From Candidatus Aminicenantes bacterium (GTDB lineage Bacteria > Acidobacteriota > Aminicenantia > Aminicenantales > UBA4085): a stretch of 64,000 bases of DNA. The stretch's first letter is position 1, and every line of letters begins with the position of its first letter. The DNA lies in assembly GCA_026393865.1 (NCBI GenBank), contig JAPKZI010000043.1, positions 20,519 through 84,518 on the forward strand, given 5' to 3'. The position numbers and the translations under genes were made by a program. Below are positions 55,141 to 64,000 of the stretch, in pieces. A model generated the notes under the pieces. It ran no database searches and had not been told where the DNA came from. It was given only the letters and a program-made list of their open reading frames with translations.

Positions 55141-56905
55141 GATACTTGGCTTTATAAAGCTGGAACAACTGGCCGGCCATGGTCGCGGCTGTGGCGCCGC
55201 CCATGCCTCCAAACTCGACCAACACGGTCACGACCACCTCCGGATCGTTGCGCGGGGCGAAGCCCGTGAACCACGAATGCGTCTTCGGCTTTAGTCCCAG
55301 ACGCTCCGCCGTCTCCCGGCCGATCCTCTGAGCGGTCCCGGTCTTGGAACAGACATCGAAGTTTTCGACATTGGCGCCCTGGCCCGTCCCGCCCGCGTTC
55401 GCCGAGCGCCACATGCCCTCGATGACCTGTTCGAAGATCGCGGCGGGGATCTTGACGGATTCCGTCGGGAACGATCCATCCAGGAGGGTATGGGGACGGA
55501 CCTTCCGGCCCCGGTTGGCGATGAGGGCCGTCATCGTCGCGATTTGGATCGGCGTGACCTGGAGCGGCCCTTGGCCGATGCCCACGGAGATCGTTTCTCC
55601 GGGATACCAGGCCGTTTTTTGGGTCCTTTGTTTCCAGTCCGTGCTCGGGACCAGACCCTCCTTCTCGCCGGAGATGTCGATGCCCGTTCGTTGACCCAGA
55701 CCGAACTGTTCAGCATAGCCGGCGATGGCGTCGATGTTCATCCGGCGGCCGAGATTGTAGAAATAGACGTTGCAGGATTGCCGGATCGCCTCATAGAGAT
55801 TGAGCGAACCGTGGCCGGGCTCGAACCAACAGTGGAACGGCCGGCCGTAGATCTCGATGACGCCGCCGCAGAAGAACGTGGTCTGATCGGTGATCGTCCC
55901 GGTATCCAGGGCGGCGGTGGCCATGACCAGCTTGAAGATGGAGCCGGGCGAGTACTGCCCTTGGAGGGCCCGGTTGACGAGGGGAGTATCGGGATTGTTG
56001 GCCAGCGCCATCCACTCTTCGGGTGTAAAGCGGTTGATGAACTTGTTGGGATCATAGGTCGGATAGCTGGCCAGGGCCATGACGCCGCCCGTTTTCGCTT
56101 CCAAGACCACGATGGCCCCTTCCTTCCCCGCCAGCAACTCTTCGGCCTTGGCTTGGAGTTCGTAATCGAGGGCCAGAGTGAGCTTCGGGCTCAGTCGGGG
56201 TTCGACGCGATCGATCTCGTCCCGCTTCCGGCCCAAGCTGTCCACCACTTCGACGATCTTGCCGTCCACGCCGGCCAGACGCGATTCGTAGGCGCTCTCG
56301 ATGCCGGTCTTGCCGACCATTTCTCCGAGCCGGCGGTCTTTAAAGGTCGTCCGGAGATCGTCCGTCGTCAGTTCCTGCATATAGCCGAGGACATGGGCCG
56401 CCAGGTTGGCAAAGGGATAGAACCGTTTCGGCTCGGTCTCGATGACCAGTTCGGGCAGGTCCATCTTTCGGCCCTCGATCAGGGCGACATCCTCGAGGCT
56501 CAGATTGTCTTTCACGACGATCGGCTTGAACAGAGGCAGGGACCGGTATTTTTCGATGCGTTGTTTCAGAACGTCTTCCTCGAGCCCGAGGACCAGGCTG
56601 ATTTTCCGGCACGATTCTTCGAAGTTCTTGCAATTCTCGCGGATGATGGACGCCTTGAACGAGGCGGTGTTGTTGGCCAGCACGACCGATCCGCCGCGGT
56701 CGGTGAGAACGGCGCGCGGCGCCGGAATGACGACCTCGCGCGTCCGGTTGGCCTCCGATTGGTTCCAATACTTTTTGTAGTCGAGGATCTGGATCTTCCA
56801 ATAGTAAAACGCCACGAAGAGGAAGAAAACCTCGATGAGAAAGAAGACGACCTGGGACCTTTTCAGGAGATGGGAGACATCCTCGTAGATCGGACTATCT
56901 TTCAT
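55109..56905 (-). CDS. mrdA: Penicillin-binding protein 2
   Basis: The SPGSIFK region contains the SxxK motif; SCN and KTGT motifs are also present. N-terminal TM anchor. Confidence 0.93.
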   Translation of the reverse strand: MKDSPIYEDVSHLLKRSQVVFFLIEVFFLFVAFYYWKIQILDYKKYWNQSEANRTREVVIPAPRAVLTDRGGSVVLANNTASFKASIIRENCKNFEESCRKISLVLGLEEDVLKQRIEKYRSLPLFKPIVVKDNLSLEDVALIEGRKMDLPELVIETEPKRFYPFANLAAHVLGYMQELTTDDLRTTFKDRRLGEMVGKTGIESAYESRLAGVDGKIVEVVDSLGRKRDEIDRVEPRLSPKLTLALDYELQAKAEELLAGKEGAIVVLEAKTGGVMALASYPTYDPNKFINRFTPEEWMALANNPDTPLVNRALQGQYSPGSIFKLVMATAALDTGTITDQTTFFCGGVIEIYGRPFHCWFEPGHGSLNLYEAIRQSCNVYFYNLGRRMNIDAIAGYAEQFGLGQRTGIDISGEKEGLVPSTDWKQRTQKTAWYPGETISVGIGQGPLQVTPIQIATMTALIANRGRKVRPHTLLDGSFPTESVKIPAAIFEQVIEGMWRSANAGGTGQGANVENFDVCSKTGTAQRIGRETAERLGLKPKTHSWFTGFAPRNDPEVVVTVLVEFGGMGGATAATMAGQLFQLYKAKYHDRQSPAPRN

Positions 56906-57377
56906 GGCGGGCCTTGATCCGGCGATAAATCAGATAGACGACGGTCCCCAGCGCGGCCGTGACGAGGGGCTGGGCGAGGAGGAGCCCGCCACCCCAAGGG
57001 AAGCCTTCGGAGAAGAAGACGGCGGACAGCAGGACCCAAAGACCGAGGTCCAGGCCGCCCATGAGCCCTGTGAACACGAACAGGCGGCCCATGGGGAGGA
57101 CGTTCATCTTTCGTGAAATGAATCCCGACAGGAAACCGGTGACCGTGTGAGCCAGACCGGACAGTCCGAAGATGCCCAGGGAAAAGGAATCGACGACGAG
57201 CCCGCAGGCCATGCCCAGGACCGCTCCTTGCAACTCGCCTTCGATCAGGCCGAACAGAATGACCGCCACGGTGAAGACATTGACGCAGAGGAGGAGCGGC
57301 ACGGAGAGCTGGCGGAGCGCGCTGGTGAGAACGAAGGCCGCCAGGATCGTCAGCCCGCCTTTGATGATGGGTTTCAT
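56895..57377 (-). CDS. mreD: Rod shape-determining protein MreD
   Basis: 160-aa polytopic protein located between mreC and mrdA. Confidence 0.8.
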   Translation of the reverse strand: MKPIIKGGLTILAAFVLTSALRQLSVPLLLCVNVFTVAVILFGLIEGELQGAVLGMACGLVVDSFSLGIFGLSGLAHTVTGFLSGFISRKMNVLPMGRLFVFTGLMGGLDLGLWVLLSAVFFSEGFPWGGGLLLAQPLVTAALGTVVYLIYRRIKARHER

Positions 57378-57389
57378 TGTCTTCGAAGC

Positions 57390-58229
57390 CTAGCGCGTTC
57401 CATCGGTCCTCTGAGTGATGACGGCGACATGGCCTAGTTCGCGGAAATTCAAATGGGGCTCGACCACGATCCTCTTGAACAGAGAGCTGTCGATCGCGAT
57501 GGACAGGATCGTCCCCGCCTTGAGGCCCGGCGGGAAGATCTTGTCGAAGCCGGAGGTGAGCAGTTCCTCGCCCTCGACGAGCAGTTCGTTCGTCGCCAGG
57601 ACATATTTGAACAAGCATCTTCCGCCCCTGGCGTCGCCCACGAGCTGTCCGACGACCTTGTTCGTTTCCGACAGGACGCCGATCGCGCTGTTGTCATCCG
57701 TGAGGAGCTGAACGGTCGCCTCCTGGAGCGAAATAGGAGCCGTGACCCGGCCGACGACGTTCCCGTTTCGGTCCAGGACAGGCATGTTGCTCGTCAGGCC
57801 GTGATTCGATCCTTTGTCGATGATGATGGATTTATATATATTGGAGGCGTCCACCCCGATGACCGCCGCGACGAGAAACGATTTCTGAAGCGTCGCCAGA
57901 GTGACCTCCAGCTCCTTAGTCTCTTGAATGTCAGCGAGGGCGTTGGTCAGCCGCATATTCGTCTGGCGGAGGTGGAAGAGCTCGTCCCGCAACGCTTGGT
58001 TCTGGGTTTCCACGCGGCGCAGATAGATGTATCGGTCCCAGATCCGTCCGGCCCCCGCGAACAGCCCGTGAACGGCCCGCTGGACGGGAGCGAAGACGAA
58101 AAAGACCGCCTTTTCGAGATAGCTCGGTTCCTCGCCGAGCGGCACTTGGATCGAGACCAGGACGAGTTGGGCGAAAAGAAGACCCGCGAAGATCAGCGGT
58201 TTTTTCTGCTCTTTCAGAAAGCGGGGCAT
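57390..58229 (-). CDS. mreC: Rod shape-determining protein MreC
   Basis: N-terminal TM, a coiled coil (ENQALRDELFHLRQ), then a beta domain. Confidence 0.9.
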   Translation of the reverse strand: MPRFLKEQKKPLIFAGLLFAQLVLVSIQVPLGEEPSYLEKAVFFVFAPVQRAVHGLFAGAGRIWDRYIYLRRVETQNQALRDELFHLRQTNMRLTNALADIQETKELEVTLATLQKSFLVAAVIGVDASNIYKSIIIDKGSNHGLTSNMPVLDRNGNVVGRVTAPISLQEATVQLLTDDNSAIGVLSETNKVVGQLVGDARGGRCLFKYVLATNELLVEGEELLTSGFDKIFPPGLKAGTILSIAIDSSLFKRIVVEPHLNFRELGHVAVITQRTDGTR

Positions 58230-58243
58230 TCCATTTCTTCGGA

Positions 58244-59275
58244 TCAGGTGACGGAGATCTTCTTCAAGAGCTCCAGGTCGTCGAGCATCTTGCCCGCCCC
58301 GAGCACGACCGTCGTCAGGGGATCTTCGGTGATGAAGACGGGCAGCTGCGTTTCCTCGCGGATGCGCTTGTCGAGGTTCTTGAGCAGCGCCCCGCCGCCG
58401 GTCAGGATGATGCCCCGGTCAATGATGTCGGCCGAGAGCTCGGGCGGCGTTTTTTCCAGGGCGATCCGGACGGCGTTGACGATCGAGGCGACGACGTCCT
58501 CCAGGGATTCGCGGATCTCCTGGTCGTCGATGACGATGGTCTTCGGGATCCCTTCCCGCAGATCCCGGCCCTTGATCTCCATCGTCATCGGTTCGTCGAG
58601 CGGATAAGCCGAACCGATCTGGAGCTTGACCATCTCGGCGCTCTTCTCTCCGATCAGGAGATTGTATTTCTTCTTGAGATACTGAATGATGGCTTCGTCC
58701 ATCTCGTTGCCGGCGATGCGGATGGAATGGTTGAAGACGATGCCGTTGAGCGAGATGACGGCGATATCCGTCGTCCCTCCGCCGATGTCGACAACCATGT
58801 TCCCGGTCGGCTCGGAGATCGGGAGGTCCGCTCCGACGGCCGCCGACATGGGCTGTTCGACGAGATAGACCTCGGTCGCCTTGGCCCGCATGGCCACGTC
58901 CTTCACCGCCCGACGCTCAACCTGAGTGATGCCGGTCGGGATGCCGATGACGATCCGCGGCCGCAGCAGGAAGCCACGGTTGTTGGTCGCCTTCTTGATG
59001 AAGTAATCGAGCATCTTCTCCGCGATCTCGAAATCGGCGATGACGCCGTCGCGCATCGGCTTGATGGCCAGGATGTTGGCCGGCGTCTTGCCGAGCATGT
59101 CCTTGGCCCGGCGGCCGACGGCCTCGACCTTGCCGCTCTGGCGGTTGATGACGACGATCGAGGGCTCCTGGATGATGATGCCCTTGCCCTTGAGATAGAC
59201 GAGCGTATTCGCCGTCCCCAGGTCGATGGCTAGGTCGCAAAAGAGCCGGCTCTTGGCCCAACGGATTAAGCCCAT
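58244..59275 (-). CDS. mreB: Rod shape-determining protein MreB
   Basis: DLAIDLGTANTLVY...VVDIGGGTTDIAV, actin-like ATPase. Confidence 0.97.
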   Translation of the reverse strand: MGLIRWAKSRLFCDLAIDLGTANTLVYLKGKGIIIQEPSIVVINRQSGKVEAVGRRAKDMLGKTPANILAIKPMRDGVIADFEIAEKMLDYFIKKATNNRGFLLRPRIVIGIPTGITQVERRAVKDVAMRAKATEVYLVEQPMSAAVGADLPISEPTGNMVVDIGGGTTDIAVISLNGIVFNHSIRIAGNEMDEAIIQYLKKKYNLLIGEKSAEMVKLQIGSAYPLDEPMTMEIKGRDLREGIPKTIVIDDQEIRESLEDVVASIVNAVRIALEKTPPELSADIIDRGIILTGGGALLKNLDKRIREETQLPVFITEDPLTTVVLGAGKMLDDLELLKKISVT

Positions 59276-59346
59276 GGGTATCCTTCTCTATTCAAGGGAG
59301 TTATTTAGCACAATTCGGTCTCCGGCGCAAATAAAATCGTGCGCGC

Positions 59347-59376
59347 TTGACTATTTTGATCGAATTCCAATATACA
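59347..59376 (+). promoter_or_regulatory. Candidate promoter TTGACT-N18-TATACA for the OPT transporter
   Basis: -35 at 59347-59352, -10 at 59371-59376. AAAGGAG RBS. Confidence 0.5.
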
Positions 59377-59409
59377 TAGGACATCGATTCCGCTGAAAGG
59401 AGTGTGAGG

Positions 59410-61440
59410 ATGAGCCATCAACCCTATGTCCCCGAAAAAACCGAGATGAGGGAATTCACGTTCAAGGCCTTGATTATCGGCCTCGTCCTGACCGTCGTCC
59501 TAGGCGCGGCCAACGCTTACCTCGGCCTGCGGGCAGGAATGACCATCGCCGCAACCTACCCGGCCGCCGTCATCGGTATGGCCCTGCTCAAGCTGATGAA
59601 AGGCTCGATCCTCGAAGAGAACATCGCCCGAACCGTCGGTTCGATCGGCGAGTCCATCGCGGCCGGGGCCATCTTCACCATCCCGGCCTTTTTGATCTCC
59701 GGCGCCTGGCTGAAATTCAACACCTTCGACGCCTATATCAAATCCGCGGCCCTGATGTTCGTCGGCGGATTACTGGGAATCATGTTCGTGACCTTCCTGA
59801 GACGGGTGATGGTGACCGATCCCGATCTCGGTTTCCCCGAGTCCGTGGCCGCGGCCGAGATCCACAAGGCCGGCCAGAAAGGAAGCGCCGGAGCCAAACA
59901 TCTCTTTCAGGCCATGGGCCTGGGCTCTCTTCTCTATGCTTTGGGCGTGATCCAGATCTTCGCCGCGAGCAAAGAGTACATCATCAGAGTCGGAAAGCTC
60001 GGATTGAGCTTCGTCCGCTTGGGTGCGGCCGACGACGCGGCGAAGATCGGCACCGGCGGCACGGTGGCCGTGTCCGGCCCAGCCATCTCCCCCGCCTACA
60101 TCGGCGTCGGATACATTATCGGACCGAAGCTCGCCGCCCTCAATTTCGCCGGCGGCGTGCTCGCTTGGGGCCTCTTCGCCCCTCTCCTGATGTATTTCCT
60201 CGGCCCGCAGCTCATCACCGCCTTTTACGGACCCGGCGTGGCCATGGCCGACGTGGCCTGGTCGGACATGGTCACAAACGTCTGGAAGTTCATCATCCGG
60301 CCGATCGCCGTCGGCGGTATGCTCGTCGGCGCCGGCTACACGCTTTTCAGGATGCGCAAAAACCTGGCCAACGGATTGAAACGTTCTTTGGGAGACGTCA
60401 AGAAAGCGGCCGGCCAAACCGAGGTCACTTCGCGGCTCGAAAAAGATCTGAATATCAAGGTCGTTCTCGGCGGATTGGCCCTAATTTTCGTCCTGATGAT
60501 CTTCGTATATAAGATTTTTGCCGGGGCGATCGGTCCCGCGATCCTGGCCGCCGTGGTCATGGCCGTCGCCGGATTCTTCTTCGCTGCTGTTTCGGGGAAC
60601 TTAGTCGGGACCATCGGCTCGTCGAACAATCCGATCTCCGGCCTGACGCTATCGACATTGATCATTGCCGCCCTGCTCATGGTCGTCGTCGGCGCCGCCG
60701 GGATCAACGGGGTGGCCGCCGTCCTCGGCGTCGCGGCCGTGGTCTGCGTTTCCTCGGCCGTGGCCGGCGAAATGCTCCAGGACCTCAAGGTCGGGCACAT
60801 CCTGGGCGGCACTCCCTGGAAGATGCAGATCGGCGACATCTTAGGCATCCTTATCGCTTCCCTCGTCATGTATTTTCCTCTGATGCTTCTCCATGGAGCT
60901 TTCACTTTCGGCAGCAAAGAGCTCCCCGCTCCCCAGGCCGGACTCATGGCCGCGTTGGCCAAAGGGATCGTCGGCGGGGAGATGGCCTGGCCGCTGGTCA
61001 TCGTCGGCATGCTCATGGGCTTCGCCCTCATTCTCGTCCAAGTCAAATCCCCGATGCTCGTCGCGGTCGGGATGTACCTGCCGCTCGAAACGACGTTCGC
61101 CATTTTCTGCGGCGGCATGATCAAGGGGATCGCCGATAAAGTCACGACCAAGCGTAGACTCAACGACGCCCAGAAAGCCCGCTTCGGCAACGTCGGAATC
61201 CTGCTGGCCGCCGGATTGATCGCCGGAGAAGCATTGACGGGACTTCTGCATGCGCTGTGGAAGTTCCTTTTCCTCCCCCCCCAAAACGTCCTCAAGTTCG
61301 ACGTTCCTAAGATCTTCGCCAAACCGAGTTACGAGATCGGATTGGCCGTGCTCGTTCTGATGGCACTCTACCTCATCGTCAAGCCGTTGAGGAACGCCGG
61401 CGCGGCCGACGAGCCGCCTCCGCCGTCGGCCGTGATCTAA
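59410..61440 (+). CDS. OPT family oligopeptide transporter
   Basis: ~676-aa polytopic protein, REFTFKALIIGLVL...ANAYLGLRAGMTI, typical OPT N-terminus. Confidence 0.9.
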   Translation: MSHQPYVPEKTEMREFTFKALIIGLVLTVVLGAANAYLGLRAGMTIAATYPAAVIGMALLKLMKGSILEENIARTVGSIGESIAAGAIFTIPAFLISGAWLKFNTFDAYIKSAALMFVGGLLGIMFVTFLRRVMVTDPDLGFPESVAAAEIHKAGQKGSAGAKHLFQAMGLGSLLYALGVIQIFAASKEYIIRVGKLGLSFVRLGAADDAAKIGTGGTVAVSGPAISPAYIGVGYIIGPKLAALNFAGGVLAWGLFAPLLMYFLGPQLITAFYGPGVAMADVAWSDMVTNVWKFIIRPIAVGGMLVGAGYTLFRMRKNLANGLKRSLGDVKKAAGQTEVTSRLEKDLNIKVVLGGLALIFVLMIFVYKIFAGAIGPAILAAVVMAVAGFFFAAVSGNLVGTIGSSNNPISGLTLSTLIIAALLMVVVGAAGINGVAAVLGVAAVVCVSSAVAGEMLQDLKVGHILGGTPWKMQIGDILGILIASLVMYFPLMLLHGAFTFGSKELPAPQAGLMAALAKGIVGGEMAWPLVIVGMLMGFALILVQVKSPMLVAVGMYLPLETTFAIFCGGMIKGIADKVTTKRRLNDAQKARFGNVGILLAAGLIAGEALTGLLHALWKFLFLPPQNVLKFDVPKIFAKPSYEIGLAVLVLMALYLIVKPLRNAGAADEPPPPSAVI

Positions 61441-61460
61441 GGCGCTCGAGGACCGAAAGA

Positions 61461-61481
61461 AAGGGGACGCGTCCCTTTTTT
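61461..61481 (+). terminator. Putative intrinsic terminator after the OPT gene (AAGGGGA-CGCG-TCCCTT + T-run)
   Basis: Palindrome centred at 61469/61470, followed by T6 (61476-61481). Confidence 0.5.
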
Positions 61482-61593
61482 CCAAGGGGCGTGCGTTTGT
61501 CCCGAGTCCCCGTTATTTTTCATTAAAAAATAGATGCGTCCCCTTTTTTATGTCTCCGTTTTTTTATGCTAAAATAGTCCCGGAAAAACGATT

Positions 61594-62106
61594 ATGGCCG
61601 TTCTCAATATCCTCAAGCTCGGACACCCGACGCTCGTCAAAAAAGCCGAGTCCATCCTCCAGATCGATGATGCCGTCCGCCGGCTCGCGGAGGACATGCT
61701 CGAAACCATGCACGCGGCGCCCGGCCTCGGCCTCTCCGCTCCCCAGGTCAACGTCAGCCGACGGCTGATCACCGTGGACCTGTCCGTCGGCGAAAAAGAT
61801 GGCGAGGTGATCGTCCTCGTCAACCCTGAGATCCTCGAACAGGAGGGCAAGGTCGTCCGGGACGAAGGCTGCCTGTCCGTTCCGGAGGTGTTCGAAAAGG
61901 TCGCCCGCCCTCAGAAGGTCAAGGTCAAAGGGCTGGATCTCGACGGACGGGCGCGGACCATCGAAGCGACCGACCTGATGGCCCGCGTCCTGTGCCACGA
62001 GGTCGACCATCTCAACGGTAAGCTCTTCATCGACTGGCTGTCGCCCCTCAAGCGCAATCTGATCAAGAAGAAATTCAAGCGCCAGGCCGAAAAGAGCAAG
62101 ACCTGA
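61594..62106 (+). CDS. def: Peptide deformylase
   Basis: GLGLSAPQ, EGCLS and HEVDHL motifs. Confidence 0.95.
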   Translation: MAVLNILKLGHPTLVKKAESILQIDDAVRRLAEDMLETMHAAPGLGLSAPQVNVSRRLITVDLSVGEKDGEVIVLVNPEILEQEGKVVRDEGCLSVPEVFEKVARPQKVKVKGLDLDGRARTIEATDLMARVLCHEVDHLNGKLFIDWLSPLKRNLIKKKFKRQAEKSKT

Positions 62107-63071
62107 TGCGCGCGATCTTTTTCGGCAGCCCCGAGGCCGCACTGCCCTCGCTCGCCGGCCTTCTCGGCGCGGGCCATACCCTCGAGCTGGTCGTCACCCA
62201 ACCGGACCGGCCTTCCGGCCGGGGCCGAAAATTGACGGCCGCTCCGGTCAAGAGGTTCGCCCTCGAGCGCTCTATCTCCGTCCTTCAGCCCGAGCGTATC
62301 CGCAAAGACCCCGCCGCGTTCGAGACGATCAGGGACGTTCGGGCCGACATCCATGTCGTAGTCGCGTACGGCCAGATCATTCCGGCTTCGATCATCGATC
62401 TCCCGCGGCATCATTCCATCAACGTCCATTTCTCCCTTCTTCCAAAATACCGGGGTGCTTGCCCTGTCCAATGGGCCCTTCTAAATGGTGAGGAGCGAAC
62501 GGGGGTCACGATTTTCCGGTTGAACGAGAAAATGGATGAGGGCGAGGTCCTCTCGACGACCGAGACGGATATCCGAGCCGGCGAGAATGCCGGCGATCTC
62601 GAGGACCGGCTGGCCCGGCTCGGCGCCGATCTTCTCCTCGACACGCTGGCCCGCATCGACACGATCGTCCCCGTCCCCCAGGACCATGAGAAGGCCACCT
62701 TGGCCCCCAAGATCAGAAAAGAGGACGGGATCATCGATTGGACCGCCGAAGCCGTCCGGATCGATCGCCAAGTCCGGGCTCTCACCCCCCGTCCGTCCGC
62801 TTACGTCCTCTTCAAGGAGCGACGCCTGATTCTCCTCAAAGGGACGGTCTTGGCCGGGCCGAAGAACGAAGGAGGGCCGGGAGAAGTGGTGGCGATCCGC
62901 CGCGAAGGCATCGACGTCCGCTGCGGAGATCAAGCCCTCTATCGGATTCAGCGTTTGCAGCCCGAAAACAGGGGCCCTATGGACGCATTTTCCTTTTCTC
63001 TGAATGGACGGATCCGGCCTTTGGACGTTTTAATGGGAAGGACAGGCGGCGATCACTCGTCGAGGAGATAA
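62106..63071 (+). CDS. fmt: Methionyl-tRNA formyltransferase
   Basis: VVTQPDRPSGRG...NVHFSLLPKYRGACPV... Confidence 0.95.
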   Translation: MRAIFFGSPEAALPSLAGLLGAGHTLELVVTQPDRPSGRGRKLTAAPVKRFALERSISVLQPERIRKDPAAFETIRDVRADIHVVVAYGQIIPASIIDLPRHHSINVHFSLLPKYRGACPVQWALLNGEERTGVTIFRLNEKMDEGEVLSTTETDIRAGENAGDLEDRLARLGADLLLDTLARIDTIVPVPQDHEKATLAPKIRKEDGIIDWTAEAVRIDRQVRALTPRPSAYVLFKERRLILLKGTVLAGPKNEGGPGEVVAIRREGIDVRCGDQALYRIQRLQPENRGPMDAFSFSLNGRIRPLDVLMGRTGGDHSSRR

Positions 63072-63943
63072 TTATAGGGGTTGACGGGCTTGTCGTTGAG
63101 GTGGACTTCATAATGGAGATGGGGTCCGAGAGCCTTTCCGGTGGCCCCGACGCTGCCGATCACATCTCCCCTTTTGATCTTTTGTCCTTCTCGTACGGCG
63201 AACTTGCTCAGATGCCCGTAAAGCGTAGTCACCCCAAGCCCGTGACTCAGGGTGATGGAGTTCCCGAGATATTTGTCGCTGCTGACCTTTAGGACGAAGC
63301 CATCCGCCGGGGCGATCACCGGATTTCCCCAGGCCGCGACGATATCGATCCCCCAATGAAATGTCCGTTGTCCGGTAAAGGGGTCCGATCTCCAGCCGAA
63401 ATTCGAGGAGATCAGGCCTCCGACGACGGGCTTGATGGTCGGCGTCACGGCCAGCCTCGACGATTGGGTTTCGAAAAAGTTCGCCAGCGTGTCCAGATTC
63501 TTCTGGATGTCGTCCCTTCTCTGCTGGATGTTCTGGAGGTTACCCGATGAGATCTGGGGCGGCGAAGCGGAGAGAACCTGGTCTGAGCGGGGATAATCCC
63601 CCACGCCCGGGTCCTGCAGCTTATCCGGGGATTTGAAGCCGGCCATAAGGTTGAGGACATCAATCTTGTTCTCGAAAGCCTTGAACTTTTCTTGGAGAGC
63701 GCCGATCGAGCCTTCGTACTGCTTGATCGTCTCTTTCTGCTGCTGGTTCTCGCTCAACAAGACCGAGTATTTCTGGCCGGCGAGCTTGATCCGGACATAG
63801 TCGGCCGTCATGGCCAGAATGAAGACCCCGGCCGCGATCGTCCCCCACAGGGCGAACTTGAGGGTTTTCTTGGAAAAAGACAGAGTTCGAGAGTGGGATT
63901 TCGTATGGGGAATGATGATCAGCGATAGAAAACTCTTTCCCAT
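63053..63943 (-). CDS. M23 family metallopeptidase with N-terminal TM and coiled coil
   Basis: HWGIDI and GPHLHYEV M23 motifs. Convergent 19-nt overlap with fmt. Confidence 0.88.
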   Translation of the reverse strand: MGKSFLSLIIIPHTKSHSRTLSFSKKTLKFALWGTIAAGVFILAMTADYVRIKLAGQKYSVLLSENQQQKETIKQYEGSIGALQEKFKAFENKIDVLNLMAGFKSPDKLQDPGVGDYPRSDQVLSASPPQISSGNLQNIQQRRDDIQKNLDTLANFFETQSSRLAVTPTIKPVVGGLISSNFGWRSDPFTGQRTFHWGIDIVAAWGNPVIAPADGFVLKVSSDKYLGNSITLSHGLGVTTLYGHLSKFAVREGQKIKRGDVIGSVGATGKALGPHLHYEVHLNDKPVNPYNYLLDE

Positions 63944-63964
63944 GATATCACAAATACGCTTGAA

Positions 63965-63994
63965 TGATTACCATAAGGCTCTTTTCGATGTCAA
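63965..63994 (-). promoter_or_regulatory. Candidate promoter TTGACA-N18-TAATCA (TG-extended) for the M23 gene
   Basis: -35 at 63989-63994, -10 at 63965-63970. No clear SD follows. Confidence 0.4.
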
Positions 63995-64000
63995 GCGAAT

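Noticed and set aside
61485-61550. Long-range pairing AAGGGGCG...CGTCCCCTT upstream of def as a second terminator or attenuator.
   Set aside because: The arms are imperfect and separated by ~40 nt. Only the 3' half-site resembles the GGGGACG family, so it is noted under the shared-core finding instead.
1-64000. CRISPR arrays, rRNA genes, IS elements, transposases or integrases.
   Set aside because: No regularly spaced direct repeats, no rRNA-like sequence, and no ORF with transposase or integrase motifs were seen on either strand.

Overview
High-GC (about 60% by eye) chromosomal segment from a diderm bacterium (BamD, beta-barrel OMPs, lipoproteins, Tat/Sec signals). I cannot assign a lineage from sequence alone. 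It is almost fully coding: about 57 protein genes and one tRNA. I saw no rRNA, CRISPR array, transposase or integrase. Left to right: yraN (partial) and folK; a CysK-like PLP enzyme fused to a Cys-rich, 2-TM, helical C-terminal extension; a secreted protein; a Tat-signal aldo/keto reductase with an Fe-S tail; an AT-rich islet (class-II Fic protein plus an NYN-domain remnant) abutting tRNA-Asn; pckG; a sigma-70-family factor translationally coupled to a DnaC-like ATPase; dnaK-dnaJ-hspR; an envelope cluster with two L,D-transpeptidases; malic enzyme; nuoABCDEFGHI without J-N; lpd; a membrane HdrD/GlpC-like Fe-S oxidoreductase; ltaE; PASTA-rpe-epimerase-bamD-OMP-subtilase; recN; miaB; nusA-infB-DUF503-rbfA-nrnA-truB-DUF507x2-thioesterase; a frameshifted PKD/OMP gene; GATase, ACT protein and an orphan exbD; acyl-CoA dehydrogenase; mreBCD-mrdA-rodA followed by a large fused radical-SAM gene; an OPT transporter; def-fmt; an M23 peptidase. 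The most unusual signal is a ~105-nt three-hairpin repeat present twice. One copy is intergenic, in the slot upstream of nusA. The other is inserted in frame (35 codons) inside truB. All differences between the copies fall in loops or linkers, and the single indel preserves the truB frame. Secondary signals: the CysK membrane fusion, the Fic/tRNA islet, terminator hairpins that share a GGGGACG/CGTCCCC core (one sits between divergent genes), a 20-nt motif in three copies around ltaE, and the split nuo operon. The many long antisense ORFs in the six-frame track are treated as high-GC shadow frames.
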